Shown one piece after another: positions 13,632 to 29,120 of a stretch of DNA of 64,000 nt (position 1 is the stretch's first letter; the number at the start of each line of letters is the position of its first letter). The translations under genes were made by a program, and so were the position numbers. The notes beneath the pieces were generated by a model that had not been told where the DNA came from, did not search any database, and saw only the letters and a list, made by a program, of their open reading frames with translations. The stretch is from Octopus sinensis (taxonomy: Eukaryota): positions 105,958,001 to 106,022,000 of the forward strand of contig NC_042997.1 of assembly GCF_006345805.1 (NCBI RefSeq), in the 5' to 3' direction.

Positions 13632-14480
13632 CAGGGGTTGGACATAATAATAGAAACACCTAGCATCATATATCTATAAAGCCGCCAGAAGTGTTTTTTT
13701 TTTTTATTTACTATTAGTGTTCCTTAATATGTTTTGCTAAAATTACTGTTTCGTTTAAGATATCATAAGAAAAAGGTAATTAAAATTCATTCAAATGACA
13801 GATCTATCGGACTTTCAAAGAGGTAAAATTGTTGGTGCTCGTATGGCAGGCGCTAGCGAAGCGAAAACAGCCGAAATGTTTGGTGTATCAAGAAGTACTG
13901 TCTTAAAGATAATGACAGCCTTTAAAAAAGAGGGAAAAACCTCCTCGTCGAAACAAAACTTCAAAAGAAAACCCAAACTTTCAGATAGTGACCGTCGGAC
14001 TCTGACGTGAATTGTTAGAAAGGGTCAGAAACTTACAGCTCCCAAAATTACTGCAGAGCTTAATGACCACCTGGAGAGCCCAGTTTCCAAGAAAACTGTT
14101 CACCGGGAGCTGCACAAAGCCGGATTTCACGCGAGAGCTGCAATCAGAAAACCACTACTTTTAAAAACAAATGTTGCAAAGCGATTAGAGTGGAGTAAAA
14201 ACCTACAGAATTGGTCCCTAGAGCAGTGGAATATTTTCTCGGACGAGTCATCCTTTACCTTATTTCAAATCACCGGTCAAGTATACGTGTGGAGACAGCC
14301 AAAAGAAGCATTTGACCCAGACTGCCTTCTTCCAACTCTGAAACCTTTTGGAGGATCTCTGATGATCTGGGAAATCCGCCAGCCCAATGGTTTCTCTTCA
14401 TGGCAGAATTAATAGTAAAGACTATTTAAGCATTTTATCTGATTAAATTCATCCTATGGTTGCAGAACTGTTTGCGGAAC
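13632..14480 (+). mobile_element. Tc1-family DNA transposon, 3'-truncated
   Basis: TA followed by TIR-like CAGGGGTTGGACATAATAATAGAAACACC, then a transposase remnant. No right TIR seen. Confidence 0.85.
13795..14480 (+). pseudogene. Tc1-like transposase pseudogene
   Basis: Paired-type HTH N-terminus (MTDLSDFQRGKIVGARMAG...GVSRSTV) with a stop at 14008. It continues VSKKTVHRELHKAGFHARAAIRKPLL...KRLEWSK...WSLEQW, then after a frameshift FSDESSF...VYVWRQPKEAFDPDCLLPT...GGSLMIW (first catalytic Asp). Confidence 0.9.
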
Positions 14481-14499
14481 TGCTGAACATTGTTGTAGC

Positions 14500-14719
14500 T
14501 TCAGAATAACGCCATCCCGCTGGCTAGATGGGCAGGCCAATATTCCAGCCCCAACCCCAACCCCACCCCAAACATGGAATGCCTGTCCGTCGCAGGCGTG
14601 TGGATTGGATCAACATGAAATGAAGGGTTTTTATTAAGAACACAATGCGCTACCGGTGTGGGAATCGAAACCGCAATCTTGCGATAGCGAGTGTATCATT
14701 CTAACCACTAGGCAACGCG

Positions 14720-14720
<1 letters not shown>
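14500..14720 (-). mobile_element. Decayed tRNA-SINE at the point where the Tc1 element is truncated
   Basis: GGGAATCGAAACC (B-box on minus strand), AAGAACACAATGC and CTAACCACTAGGC head motifs shared with 21905-22200. Confidence 0.6.
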
Positions 14721-14809
<89 letters not shown>

Positions 14810-15513
14810 CATATATATATACACACATATTTATATATATATATATGTATATATATAGTTTCCTTTAGATGCTTCAGACAAAGACACATAATTCATTTAT
14901 CACGCCAATATGTGTGATAAGAGTGTTATGCGATTTTCTGCATTAAATATGAGACTCTAGAATAAAAAGTGTTTTCTGTGCAGTATGAGCTTTAAAGAAG
15001 TTAATAATGTACCAAGTCAGGTCATTATAACAGTTTAGCAGAGATCTATGTAAGAATAGTAAATGATTGATGAGGTTACGGAATAAGTTACTACTTATTG
15101 TAAATACAAACAAACGTGTGAGGATGTGAGAAGATGGACTATTATACATACATCTCACTCATACGCCACGAATACATTCAAGTATACAAAATACACACAT
15201 GTATTCGTTGTGTTTTTGTTGTAGTCTGCTGTATATTCTTTAAACTATTAATTTCATAGCTTATGATTCTATTTACGTTCAAATCGATAAACTCCTAAAT
15301 ACATTCCTATGGCGCATGAATGGCTGTGTGGTTATGTTAAGGAGTTAACTTGCAACCACGGACCTTGGCGCATCTATTTTCTACAATAACCTCGAGTGGA
15401 TATGAGACGCCTCGGCACAGCCCTTTTAGCGTTGCTTATTCGTGGTCGATGATTCGACGCTGACTTATTTGACATCGGACGGTTTAACCCCCACCTCTCT
15501 CTCTCTCACTCTC

Positions 15514-15554
<41 letters not shown>

Positions 15555-16672
15555 TCAACAGTTGAAGAAGCTGGTCATCATAGCATCATCGATTTCCTTC
15601 AGCCCTTGTCTTTTTCTGGAAGAGAGGATGCTATGAATGTTGCTCCTTTCCAGAACCTTTCTCGCGGCGCAATCTAGCTGAGAAAGAAAGAAAGAAAGAA
15701 GGAAAGAAAGAAAGAAATGTGGAGATAGATAGTACATTATTTGTAGAACCCGCAAAGATGAAAACTAAGATTGACGTTGTTAGTATTTGAACTCTGAGAA
15801 CAGACATACTGCCGAACCCCTAAGTATATTGTAAGCACATTTCATTGATCCCAGACTGTGCCGCCTCCATCGCCTTCGTTGTCCTTGTCTTCTACTGAGC
15901 ACTTTCTGCCCTTAGTATGTAACCTACTCAATCAGAATATAAACACTTCATTTTTTAGTTATTTATTATCCTTCATTTGTTCGCTTAGAAGAGAATTCGT
16001 CGTTCTAAGGGTGGTCTAGGCTGGATTTTTGAACTCAGAATGTACACAGCCTGAATAAATACCGGAAGGTTATTCCGTCGAGAAATCAAGCAATTCCTTC
16101 TGATACCTACCTTATCCTAGTACTTTATTTATTGGCATCTTAAAAAGAGAAACGGCAAGGTTGACCTAGGCGAGATTTGAACTTAGAGCACAAAGAGGTG
16201 TAACAAATGCTCACAAAGAATTTAATCCGATATCCTAATCACTCTGCGCATTTACCGGTTGATAAGTACAGTGGAATTTGTTCATGGAACCTAAATCTAA
16301 GCCATATGTTACATAAAATATATTCCGGTGTTCGCCATTGGGCAGAGAAAATAATGTCTGTTAAACATAATGGTTTCACAGTTTGGTGTGAGGCAAGTAT
16401 ACTATAGGGGAGTGGGTAAGTTGATTACAGACTCCCAATGTTCAAACGGTACACATTTTTATTTTCTTTGAACTCAGAAAGAATGAGTGGCGAAGTTGAA
16501 CTTGGTGGGACTTGAATAGAAAAGGTAAAGAAACGGAAGAAATGCAGCTAAGCATTTTGTCCGACATGCCGACGATTCCGATAAATCGCCGCCTTAATAT
16601 CTGTTCAACATGATAAAGTAAAGTCCATTAATAAAATTCAATAGACAGTCAGACAAGCAGGCAGGCAGGCAA

Positions 16673-16801
<129 letters not shown>

Positions 16802-16845
16802 CAGCCGTGTGTGTGTGAATACACATGCATATACACAGTTATATA

Positions 16846-18075
16846 CAGGGTGCGTAAGGTATTTCAGGGCATACCTTCTTTGAGTCATTGCTGCATTTTT
16901 GCTAACTCTGTATAATCTTTGCTTCGGAAAATAATAATGGCAGACCCTCAGCTTACTCAAGTAATGAAGAGGCAGGCTGTTATTGTGGTTATAAAGGCTG
17001 AGCATATGATCTAGTTTCTCGAGGTTTAAAAGTTGCCAGATCTTTCGTCTGCAAAGTTTGTAAGCTTGAGACTGAAGATGGAAATATATCACCAGTATCA
17101 AAGCATAAAATAACATTCTAAACGCTCTGAAATCATCAGAAAACCTGAATTTATCCAGCAAGTTAGACAGGCCATTGATTACAATCCCAGAAAGTCACGA
17201 AGTCAATTGCAAAAGATCTCCATGTGTCAGAAGAAATAGTCAGAAACGTTGTCCACGAAGACATAAGATATAATTCTTATATGATGAGGAAAGGTCAATT
17301 TGTCAGAAAAAGCAAAAGAAAAGCACTACATCAGATCTAAAAGGCTCTTAAACAAACTGAAAAATCCAGCTGAAGATTTGATTTAGTTTTTCTCAACCGA
17401 GAAAAATTTCGACCAAGATCAAAAAGTTGACAGCAGAAATGACAGATTGCTATGTGCAGACCCTTCAGAAGTTCCAAGTGTTATGCATACAACTGTCATG
17501 GTTTTAGGGATTGTCAGCAATGAAGCCTCCTTACTTCTTTCCACAAGGCCTTAGAGATAAAGTTAACTCTGCCACCTACATTGAGGTCCTGAAAATAATT
17601 GGATAGACAGTGTATGCAATGGAAGGCCATATGTGTTTCAGTAAGACGTTGCACTATCACACATATCTCTTGTAGCAAAGGAATGGATGGCTGAAAATTT
17701 TCACGGTCACATAACGCCTAACATTTAGTCTCTTAATTCACCAGATCTCAATCCATTGGACTAATACATGTGGAGCGATGTTGAGAGAGAGAAGTCAGTG
17801 AACACGTCCATAACACCAAATATTCTTTGAAAGCTGCCATAGTCAGAGTAATGTCCAAAATGAACCAGGACCACTTGATTCGAGCATGTAAATGATTTAG
17901 GTCTCATATAGAAGCAGTTGTTGAAGCTGAAGGTGGCTTTATTGAATAACATTATAGAAAAGAGGGTTTATTTTTATCCTCATAGCATTTTTTGATTAAT
18001 AAACTTATCTGTTATTATATATCTGCATTTTTATAAAAGTAAATCTGTTCACAAATATCTTATGCACCTTCTCTG
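16846..18075 (+). mobile_element. Tc1/mariner superfamily element, DD37D (maT-like), near full length but decayed
   Basis: Left end TA|CAGGGTGCGTAAGGTATTT; the right end reverse-complements to ...GGTGCATAAGATATTT. Contains a transposase pseudogene. Confidence 0.8.
16937..17949 (+). pseudogene. DD37D transposase pseudogene
   Basis: Multi-frame translation gives MADPQLTQVMKRQAVIV, NPRKS, IAKDLHVS, FFSTEKNF, NDR, VMVLGIVS, FQ*D-(37 codons counted)-D ending SPDLNPLD*YMW, and IEAVVEAEGGFIE*. Many stops and frameshifts. Confidence 0.9.
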
Positions 18076-20160
<2,085 letters not shown>

Positions 20161-20654
20161 TATATTTAAATGAACAGTCGAGAGAGAGCCATACTATGTA
20201 AGGAAACAGAAAATCATAGATAGAATAAAAGAGGCAAGCAATGAGAAGCAAACATGAAGAGAGAGGAGAGAGAAAGAGAGAGAGAGAGGTGGGGCATAAA
20301 TGGATATGAAGAATTGAAAGCGACAATGGAGATAATGAATAAAACAGATTTTAATAGTTACATAATAGAGGGTGGGGAGAAGAACAATAGTGATAAATAG
20401 TAATAATATAATGATGATACTTTATTTTGTTCAACCAATAGCATACGGCTCAATTATGCCAATCATTTACATTAAGCGCGTTATGATATTAGTATTAGAG
20501 TAAAAGTGTTTATGTACATCTTTAGCGCTCGCTACCTTCTATTGGCTGCTTAAAAAGTGCGACTACCAGTTGCTATCTGACACCAATTTGTTGAGTAGAA
20601 TATGTTTATTCGTCCCCATCCGAGACATAATCCCTGTGCTGTCCGTTCTCTACA

Positions 20655-21006
20655 AATTTCGAACCCACGTCACGTCACAGCACTAAGGTCTATTTCACTT
20701 CAACTGGCCCTAGTCTCTTTAACATCTAGCTAAGACACACATGAAGAAAGATATAGATCACATAACATTTAAACGTTTCCTAGACAAATTTCTCCAAGAA
20801 ATTCCAGATAAGCCACCTTAACCTGGATATATCTCTGCATACAATAATTCTGTTCTAATTAGTTTTGATGTCCAAAGTATGGTTGTAGCATGAAGCATAA
20901 GATGTTTTCTCTAGATGGTGCTTGATCAAATGTTTTCTCCAGGTGGTGCTATTAAGTTAGTCATGGCTTGGACCAATACTGGCCGAAATCTAAATCTATC
21001 TAAATC
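20655..21006 (+). mobile_element. 3' end of a CR1-like LINE
   Basis: Translates FTSTGPSLFNI*...TFKRFLDKFLQEIPDKPP*PGYISAYNNSVL, resembling CR1-group ORF2 C-termini (GPxLFN...FKxxLDxFLxxIPDxP). Ends in a short tandem tail AAATCTAAATCTATCTAAATC. Confidence 0.72.
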
Positions 21007-21904
21007 AAACTTCTTTATACAGCTGAAAGCAACGTTGAAGCGTTATATATGACGTTAATGAAAGGATATGAAAGAGTAATTTTTTTCCGCAAAAATCTCT
21101 GATGTTCAAAATATCGGAGATGTTTTGAAGAATTCTGAAATGCTTAGAAATAAAAACGCAAGATATTAAATTTTTGAACAGTTCATGGCTTATGTATTTC
21201 TCTAAATCAGAGCAAGTCAAATTGAATTTCAACATTGCTAATTATTTATGGTCACAATTTTAAATACATTGGCTCATCCACTTACGTTGGATTCATTCAC
21301 ATAAATCGTTCATTATATACTTGAGTGGACATCTAATGTAATTTACAGAGGATTTAAATTGTTAAGCATGTGGCATGGGTTTCAACTCAAACAACTCCGT
21401 CTTTTAATTAACAACGCGTATTAATCGGGATTACAATGGATTCAAATTCAGAAGATCGCTGATATTTCTAAGATGTATTTCGACATATAATTTCACTCAG
21501 CCAATAGAGTATGGATCCCAGCAAACAAATCATACCATTATTTTCATTGTGTGAAGATATTAAAGTTATTACAAAAAAGTTTGACATACAGTATGTCATG
21601 TATGCAAAAGAAACATGTCATTAGATATATTCAAGTTCGCTCTTAGCTTCGTATCGAATTCAACCTGTCAGTTAAAAGAAACTTCTGAGTAGAGGTGAAC
21701 ACGATTATATTCCAATTCTGTATGGCACAACACGACAAAGTGAGTGTAATTTTTTCTGCCATGAATGAAATGGATGAATGTTGAAAAAACAGTTATAGTT
21801 TCATATTTAAAGCAAAAGTACGTTAATACAACATTTCTAATTTACAAAAAAAAAAAAGACTTTATTTAGAAGTCCATTTATCCATCCATCAACAAATAGC
21901 AATC

Positions 21905-22200
21905 GATGGTGGACTATCCCGTCGCAAACGACAGAAGAGGATTCAGCAACTCGATGCTGATCAACATGTACAAACGATTTGTTTATAGTGATCTATTGTT
22001 TGTACGGAGCTCGCTCACTCCATCAGATCAACATTGCCTGTGCAAATACATGGTATGCCATACATTAGATGTCAATGTAATTTCAGAGTAACGTGAAATG
22101 AAGTGTTTTCCTCAAGAACATAACGTGTTGCCCGATCCGGGAATCGAAACCACGATCGCAAGATCATGACTGCAACGCTTTAACCAATAGGATAGGCACC
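21905..22200 (-). mobile_element. Decayed tRNA-SINE (family E)
   Basis: CCGGGAATCGAAACCAC B-box and CTCAAGAACATAACG; a related copy is at 48670-48838. Confidence 0.65.
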
Positions 22201-23923
22201 TTGACAATAAGTACTGATATATAGAGAGTTACTGCAATGCAAATCTAAAGAACATATTTAGGGGAAAAATACTTCGTTGCCGCTTCGTAAGTGACCTTCG
22301 TACTGTACGTTTATTTTAATCGAAGTGTTGCTTGTATTTCCTCTCCAAAAATGCCGCTCCAATTAATCTATAGTTGATTATTATCACTACCCAAACATTG
22401 TGTGAATTCTTGCCAGTTCATAAACAAATATTTTTTATTAGATAATTCATGAACTATAAAAAATAATTGTTCACAACAATGAATGCTTAGAGACGATACA
22501 ATATTATAAAGTATTACATAATTTTATGTAGGTTTACCTCAGTTGTGGCAATGAAACAGAGACACAAAAAGATCACTCAGTTGGGCGCAGCTGAACCAGG
22601 TGACGTTATAAGAAGGGCTGACACGGATAAGGCATATCTTAAAATATATTCGTCCAAAGTCATATTCAACAATATTGAGTGCGCTCGGATGGCCAGAAAA
22701 ATAATCTTCCCTTAGACATGTCTAAAAATATAAGATGAGCTGAGTCATTGGATCGTAGGACGCATGCGTTTCTGTGTCATTTCACTTCGTCAGCTACGGA
22801 CACTATGTCATTTACAGGCCGGTAAGAATGAAATTATTAAAATTATTTACAGAATGTATGCCAATATGCGTAAAGCTTTGCCAAGCTAGAATTAAATATT
22901 GCTGCATGAAGTAGCATTTAATGAAAAATATTTGTACAAATGTATATTCAACTTGTTCCAGTGCCCTCGGACATGACAAGAACTTCCGCTGCGAAGCTAA
23001 TCCCGAAAGAAAATACTCCTCAACATGAGTGCACACGATAAGCAGTGAATGACGAAATTAGATCTTTAGATGCATGCGTTTCTGTGTCGTTTCACAACCA
23101 AATATGTATACACTGTCTCAGCAGAAATTTATTGATTTTATTTTAAAATATCACTTAAACCAAATTAAGTAGGATTCTTATATCGTTAGTTGATGCCCAA
23201 TTCAGCATCCTTAAAACAAATTATAATGATACAATCACGTGATTTTTCAGCACGCGTTAGAAGTACATACTGTCATTTTGGCTGCTTTAACAGTAATACC
23301 TAGTTTTGTTTTCGTTGCCTTCACATGATTTTATAATTCTTTCTTAGAAAATGTTACACACATTATAGAAAATCCAGAAAATTCGGGGTTTCATAGCAAA
23401 AACCCTGATTCATAATCAAATTATATGCAATATCAAGAAATTTCAAATTAAAGTTTCATATAAATATTCAATTCCAGATTTCATTTTCTTTTTTTTTTTT
23501 GTATTTGGGCAACAACCCGGTTATCTCTGACTCTTCCATCAAGATTTAATCTGTTATTAAAAAACAAAAAGAAAACAGAATTGTCATTTTAATTAAAGTT
23601 CAGTTTCAATTCTTGATTTTGATGGGTTGACGGGATTTGTTCGTTTAAATACAGAATTTTGTTTTAACTCTTTCCTATGCAATGCATTTTCATAAGTTTG
23701 TTCTAGATATTCATGCGCTGTTTTCAGCCTTTTAATTAGCCCCTTGTTCTGAGGTTTTATTCGACAGGTCTCAAATAACTGATGGTTGCAAAAAAAAAAA
23801 AGAATGTGTATGATTTGTGATCCATAGACGCCAAGGAAATCACATGATACACGGAGAAATTACGTGTGATACGCAGAACAGCCAATGGTTTAATTTCCTT
23901 GTGTCATATATAAAGCACCTTAT

Positions 23924-24157
23924 GGCGGCGAGCTGGCAGAAACGTTAGCACGCCGGGCGAAATGCGTAGCCGTATTTCGTCTGCCGTTACGTTCTGAGTT
24001 CAAATTCTGCCGAGGTCGACTTTGCCTTTCATCCTTTCGGGGTCGATAACTTAAGTACCAGTTACGCACTGGGGTCGATGTAATCGACTTAATCCGTTTG
24101 TCTGTCCTTGTTTGTCCCTTCTATGTTCAGCCCCTTGTGGGCAGTAAAGAAATATAT
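23924..24157 (+). mobile_element. Family-A SINE, intact, with a 17-bp target-site duplication
   Basis: GGCGGCGAGCTGGCAGAAACG head and GTTCAAATTC B-box. Central GACTTTGCCTTTCATCCTTTCGGGGTCGAT domain (similar to Meta/Sauria-type SINE cores, from memory). TSD ATATATAAAGCACCTTA at 23906-23922 and 24158-24174. Confidence 0.93.
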
Positions 24158-24951
24158 ATATATAAAGCACCTTACACAAAGCAGTATGCTTTAGTTGATA
24201 CTACTATAGTAAGGTTATTAACGACTAATAATTTCTTACATTGTGTAACTTATTTTGAACGTCATTTCAATTACTTTTGCCACTTGAGTTTAACGATGAA
24301 AATGAGTGTGGTGATGGGTTACTACTGGTGGGGATGGGGTAATACTGGTGATGATGGTGATGGTTTTATATAAAGGGTGTATTTAAAAATGAATCGAACG
24401 TACAAACAACTCAACTTCAGATTATAAATGTCTGTGTAAGAGATTGTGTGACACGTGTATTTAATGCGGTCTATAATTACAGGGAGACACTGGTTGCTGG
24501 TTGCTGTTTGACAATAATGAATTTCCACCTCTTCAATTCAATACCCGTGAGAGAGTTGGTAGCAAATAGAAACGAAGTCAGGAGTAATATGAAGACGTGC
24601 TGAAGTTCAGTTTTGATGCATATGACGTATTAGCTCTAACAATAAAATTTAACCGGAATTATTTAAATTAAGATCATACACAAAAACACACACACACGCA
24701 CATATATACACGTATACATAAACATACACCAGCTGTTGTTGGAAATGCAAATGCCAAAGACAAACAATTTATTTATTCATTATTTATTTTATTATATTTT
24801 TACTATTTTTTTTTATTTTTTATTTTTCAAGCGTGCGGGGGTTATATAAAATGAATGTCAAGCTATCAGCAAATGAAATCGACGCCACAGATTCGAATTT
24901 AGTTTAGCCAATTCACTAATTTCTTAAACTTACCATTTTTGACAAGGTTAT

Positions 24952-26910
24952 TCTTTTCTACCCAAGGCAAAAGGCCCGAAATTTTGGGAGTGGGGGCCAG
25001 TTGATTAGATCGACATCAGTATGCAACTGGTATTTAATTTATCGATCCCGATAGGATGAAAGACAACGTCGACCTCGAGGGATTTATTATTTTTCTTTTT
25101 TGACAGGATTATTTTAACCTTTAGTAGGCGGCGAGCTGGCAGAATCGTTATAACGCTGGGCGAAATACTTAGCAGCACCTCGTCCGCCTTTACGTTCTGA
25201 GCTCAAATTCTGCCGAGGTCAACTTTGTTTTTCATTCTTTCAGAGTCGATGAAATAAGTACCAGCTGAGCACTGGGATCAATATAATCGGCTTATCTCCT
25301 CTCCATGAAATTGCTGGCTTCGTGTGCCAAAATTTGAAACCGTTATTGTAACCTCTAGTGCGGCGGATTGGTAGAAATGTTAGAACATTGGGGAAAAGTT
25401 TTGCTGCCTATGTTCTGAATTCACCGAAATCAACTTTACCTTTCGTTCCTCCAGTGTCGGCATAATAAAGAACTACTCAAGTAATAATGTCACTTGTGCC
25501 GACTGACACTCACCCACAAATTTCACACTTTAAGCCTATGTAAGAAACATTATTACTGGGACGGCGAAAAGTGGAAAGCTAACAGCATCATTAGTACGCA
25601 CGGCAAAATGCTTAGCAGTATTTCGTCTGTCGTTACGTTCTGAGTTCAAATTCCGCCGAGGTCGACTTTGCCTTTCATCCTTTCGGGGTCAATAAATTAA
25701 GAACCAGTTGAGTACTAGGGTCGATCTAATTGACTGGGCCCCTCCCCTAAAATTTCGGGCCTTGTGCCTTGCCTAGAGTAGAAAAGATTCTTTCGGGGTC
25801 AATAAAATATGTACCAATCAAGTACTGAGGTTGAAGACACCGACTTCCTCCCCCTGCTCTAAAAAACTGCTGGCTTGGTGCCAAAATTTAAAACCAATAT
25901 TAGGACCGTAGGTTGACAGAATCGTTGAAGGCGGCGAGCTGGCAGAAACGTTAGCACGCCAGGCGAAATGCGAATCGGTATTTCGTCTGTCGTTACGTTG
26001 TGAGTTCAAATTCCGCCGAGGTCGACTTTGCCTTTCATCCTTTCGGGGTCGATAAATTAAGTACCAGCAACGCACTGGGGTCAATATAATCAACTTAATA
26101 CCTATGTCTGTCCTTGTTTGTCCTCCCTGTGTTTATCTCCTTGTGGGTAGTAAAGAAATAGGTATTTCGTCTGCCGCTACGTTCTGAGTTCAAATCCCGC
26201 CGAGGTTGACTTTGCCTTTTATCCTACGGTTTTGATTTACATTTCATTTTTCTTCTTTTCTGTCGGATGCCGTGTATCTAGAGAGTACAGTATTCTTTTC
26301 TACTCTAGGCACAAGGCCCGAAATGTTTAGAGAGGGAGCCAGTCGATTAGATCGACACCAGTACACAACTGGTACTTAATTTATCGATCCCGAAAGGTTG
26401 AAAGGCAAAGTCGACCTCGGCGGAATAAATACCAAAAATCATTCTTTTTTTCTCCACGTTCTAACGATTCAACCAACCCACCGTAACCGTAGCGGCAGAC
26501 GAAATACCTATTTCTTTATTACCCACAAGGGACTAAACATAGAGGGGACAAAGAAGGACAGACAAAGGGATTAAGTCGATTACATCGACACCAGTGCGTA
26601 ACTAGTACTTATTTAATCGACTACGAAAGGATGAAAGGCAAAGTCGACCTCGGCGGAATTTGAACTCAGAACGTAACGGCAGACGAAATACGGCTACGCA
26701 TTTCGCCCGGCGTGCTAACGTTTCTGCCAGCTCACCGCCTTCGTGAGAATACAATATTTAATGAGTTCGGGGCGGTGACCTGGCAGAATCTTTAGCATGC
26801 CAAGAAAATGCCTGGCGGCATTTCGTCTGTCTTAACATTGTGATTTCAAATTCCAGGAAATCGACTTACCCCAACCCCTAAAATGTCTGGCCTTGTACAA
26901 AAGTTGAAAT
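24952..26910. mobile_element. Cluster of at least seven family-A SINE copies in both orientations
   Basis: Approximate copies: 24952-25083(-), 25127-25345(+), 25360-25550(+, decayed), 25560-25790(+), 25930-26224(+), 26294-26739(-, dimeric), 26769-26910(+). Confidence 0.88.
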
Positions 26911-27206
26911 CTTTCCTTCTTCAATCTTTCTTGTGTCTTTCTTTTTATTGAACAGTTTTCTTTTTTTCTTCCTTCCTTTTTGTTGTGACTTTCTTTTGAT
27001 TTCTTTTCTTTTTAAAACAATAGGATGTGATTTGAGAGAGAGAGAGATTTGGTTACTATTTCTAGCAAATGGAGCAACGATGACGCGACTCTGCTTCTTT
27101 CTTTTTACTCACAACCGCCCCTTCTTGCCGTTACTGCATGGTTCCTGCTAGCTTTTATATTCTTCTGTTAATATTAATAATGATATATTTGCAGTTATTT
27201 CCTCTC

Positions 27207-27364
27207 ACGTCGCCGTCATCGTTGTCGTCGCTGCTATCATCTCTATCACCATCACAATCACCATCATCATCATCATTATCATCATCATCATCACGATCAT
27301 CATCATCACCATCATCATCACCACCACCACAATCATCACCACCGCAATCATCATCATCATCATG

Positions 27365-27405
<41 letters not shown>

Positions 27406-28079
27406 TTCATCATCATTTCATCATCATCATCATCATCATCATTCCCGCCATTACACCTGCCTCATCACCACCACTACTACCACTCATCATTTATCATGCC
27501 CCACAATTTATCAACATCAGCATCACCATCATTAATGTCACCACTACCTCCGATACCATGATGACGATGATGCTAATGAAAATCATTATCATCAGCACCA
27601 TCATTGTCTCCATTTTTACCACTCCCGCTATCACTACCACCACCACCACCACCACCATCATCATCATCATTATCACCACACTCCCAGCCCTACCACTACC
27701 ACTGTCATCCATTATTACTGCCATCACAACCACCATCACCACCACTACCACCATGTCACCATCATCCCCATCACCATCATCATCATTATAATCCCCCACC
27801 CCAATCCAAACCCACACCCCCACCAATATCATCCATTATCACCATCATCACAACCACCACCATCACCACCACCACAACCACCACCAACATCACCACCACC
27901 ATCATCATCATCATTAGCCCCCACCCCAATCCAAACCCCCACCCCCACCACTATCATCCATTATCACCACCATCACAACCACCACTATATCCATCACCAC
28001 CACCACCACCACCACCACCAACATCACCATCATCATCATCATCATCATCATCATCATTATCACCACCACCACCACAACC

Positions 28080-28113
<34 letters not shown>

Positions 28114-28313
28114 CCACACCACAACCACCACTATATCCATCACCACCACCACAACCACCAACATCACCATCATCATCATCATCATCATCATCATCATTAG
28201 CCACCACCCCAATCCAAACCCCCACCCCCACCACTATCATCCATTATCACCACCATCACAACCACCACTATATCCATCACCACCACCACCACCACCACCA
28301 CCACCAACATCAC

Positions 28314-28346
<33 letters not shown>

Positions 28347-28615
28347 TAGCCCCCACCCCAATCCAACCCCCACCCCCACCACTATCATCCATTATCACCA
28401 CCATCACAACCACCACTATATCCATCACCGCCACCACCACCACAACCACCACCACCACCACAACCACCACCACAACCACCACCATCACCACCACCATCAT
28501 CGTCATCATCATTAGCCCCCACCCAAATCCAAACCGACACCCCAACCACTATATCCATCACCACCACCACCACCGCCATCATCATCATCATCACCACCAT
28601 CATTATCATCATTAT
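27207..28615. repeat. (ATC)n/(ACC)n trinucleotide field with higher-order units
   Basis: Marker similar to TTAGCCCCCACCCCAATCCAAACC recurs at about 27790, 27914, 28196, 28345 and 28512. Confidence 0.9.
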
Positions 28616-29039
28616 ATGGTGTTTAGAAAATTTCAAAAATTAATCTTGCCACTTGGGAAGATTAATTTTGAAATGTTAAACTCCCCCCAAGTTGATTTCA
28701 AATAAAATGTATTGAATAGTTTATGGTTTTTCTCATTGAGCGCCTATGGTATCAAGCAATCTTGAAACATTGATCAATTATTAGAAATTAAATTCTGACC
28801 AGATTTTAAACCAAATTAACCCCGAGAAAAAAACAAACCAAAAAACCAAAAAAAAAAAAACCAAAAACAAAAAGAACTAGAAGGAAAAAGGGGGAAAAAC
28901 AACAGAAGAAAGAAACACTACAGCAAGTAACAACAGAGAGAGAGAAAACAGATTTCAAACAGTGTCTTCAACATTTGCCTTCTCACTGTTTTTGCTCAAT
29001 CGATTTTTGCTGGGATACTTTTGGCAGCATTTCTTGTAG

Positions 29040-29081
29040 TTCTTGCTGTTGTTGTTTGTAGCTGGTATTGTAATCGTTGTT

Positions 29082-29120
<39 letters not shown>

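Noticed and set aside
27494-28636. Pro/His/Thr-rich ORFs
   Set aside because: Same artefact, arising from the ATC/ACC field.
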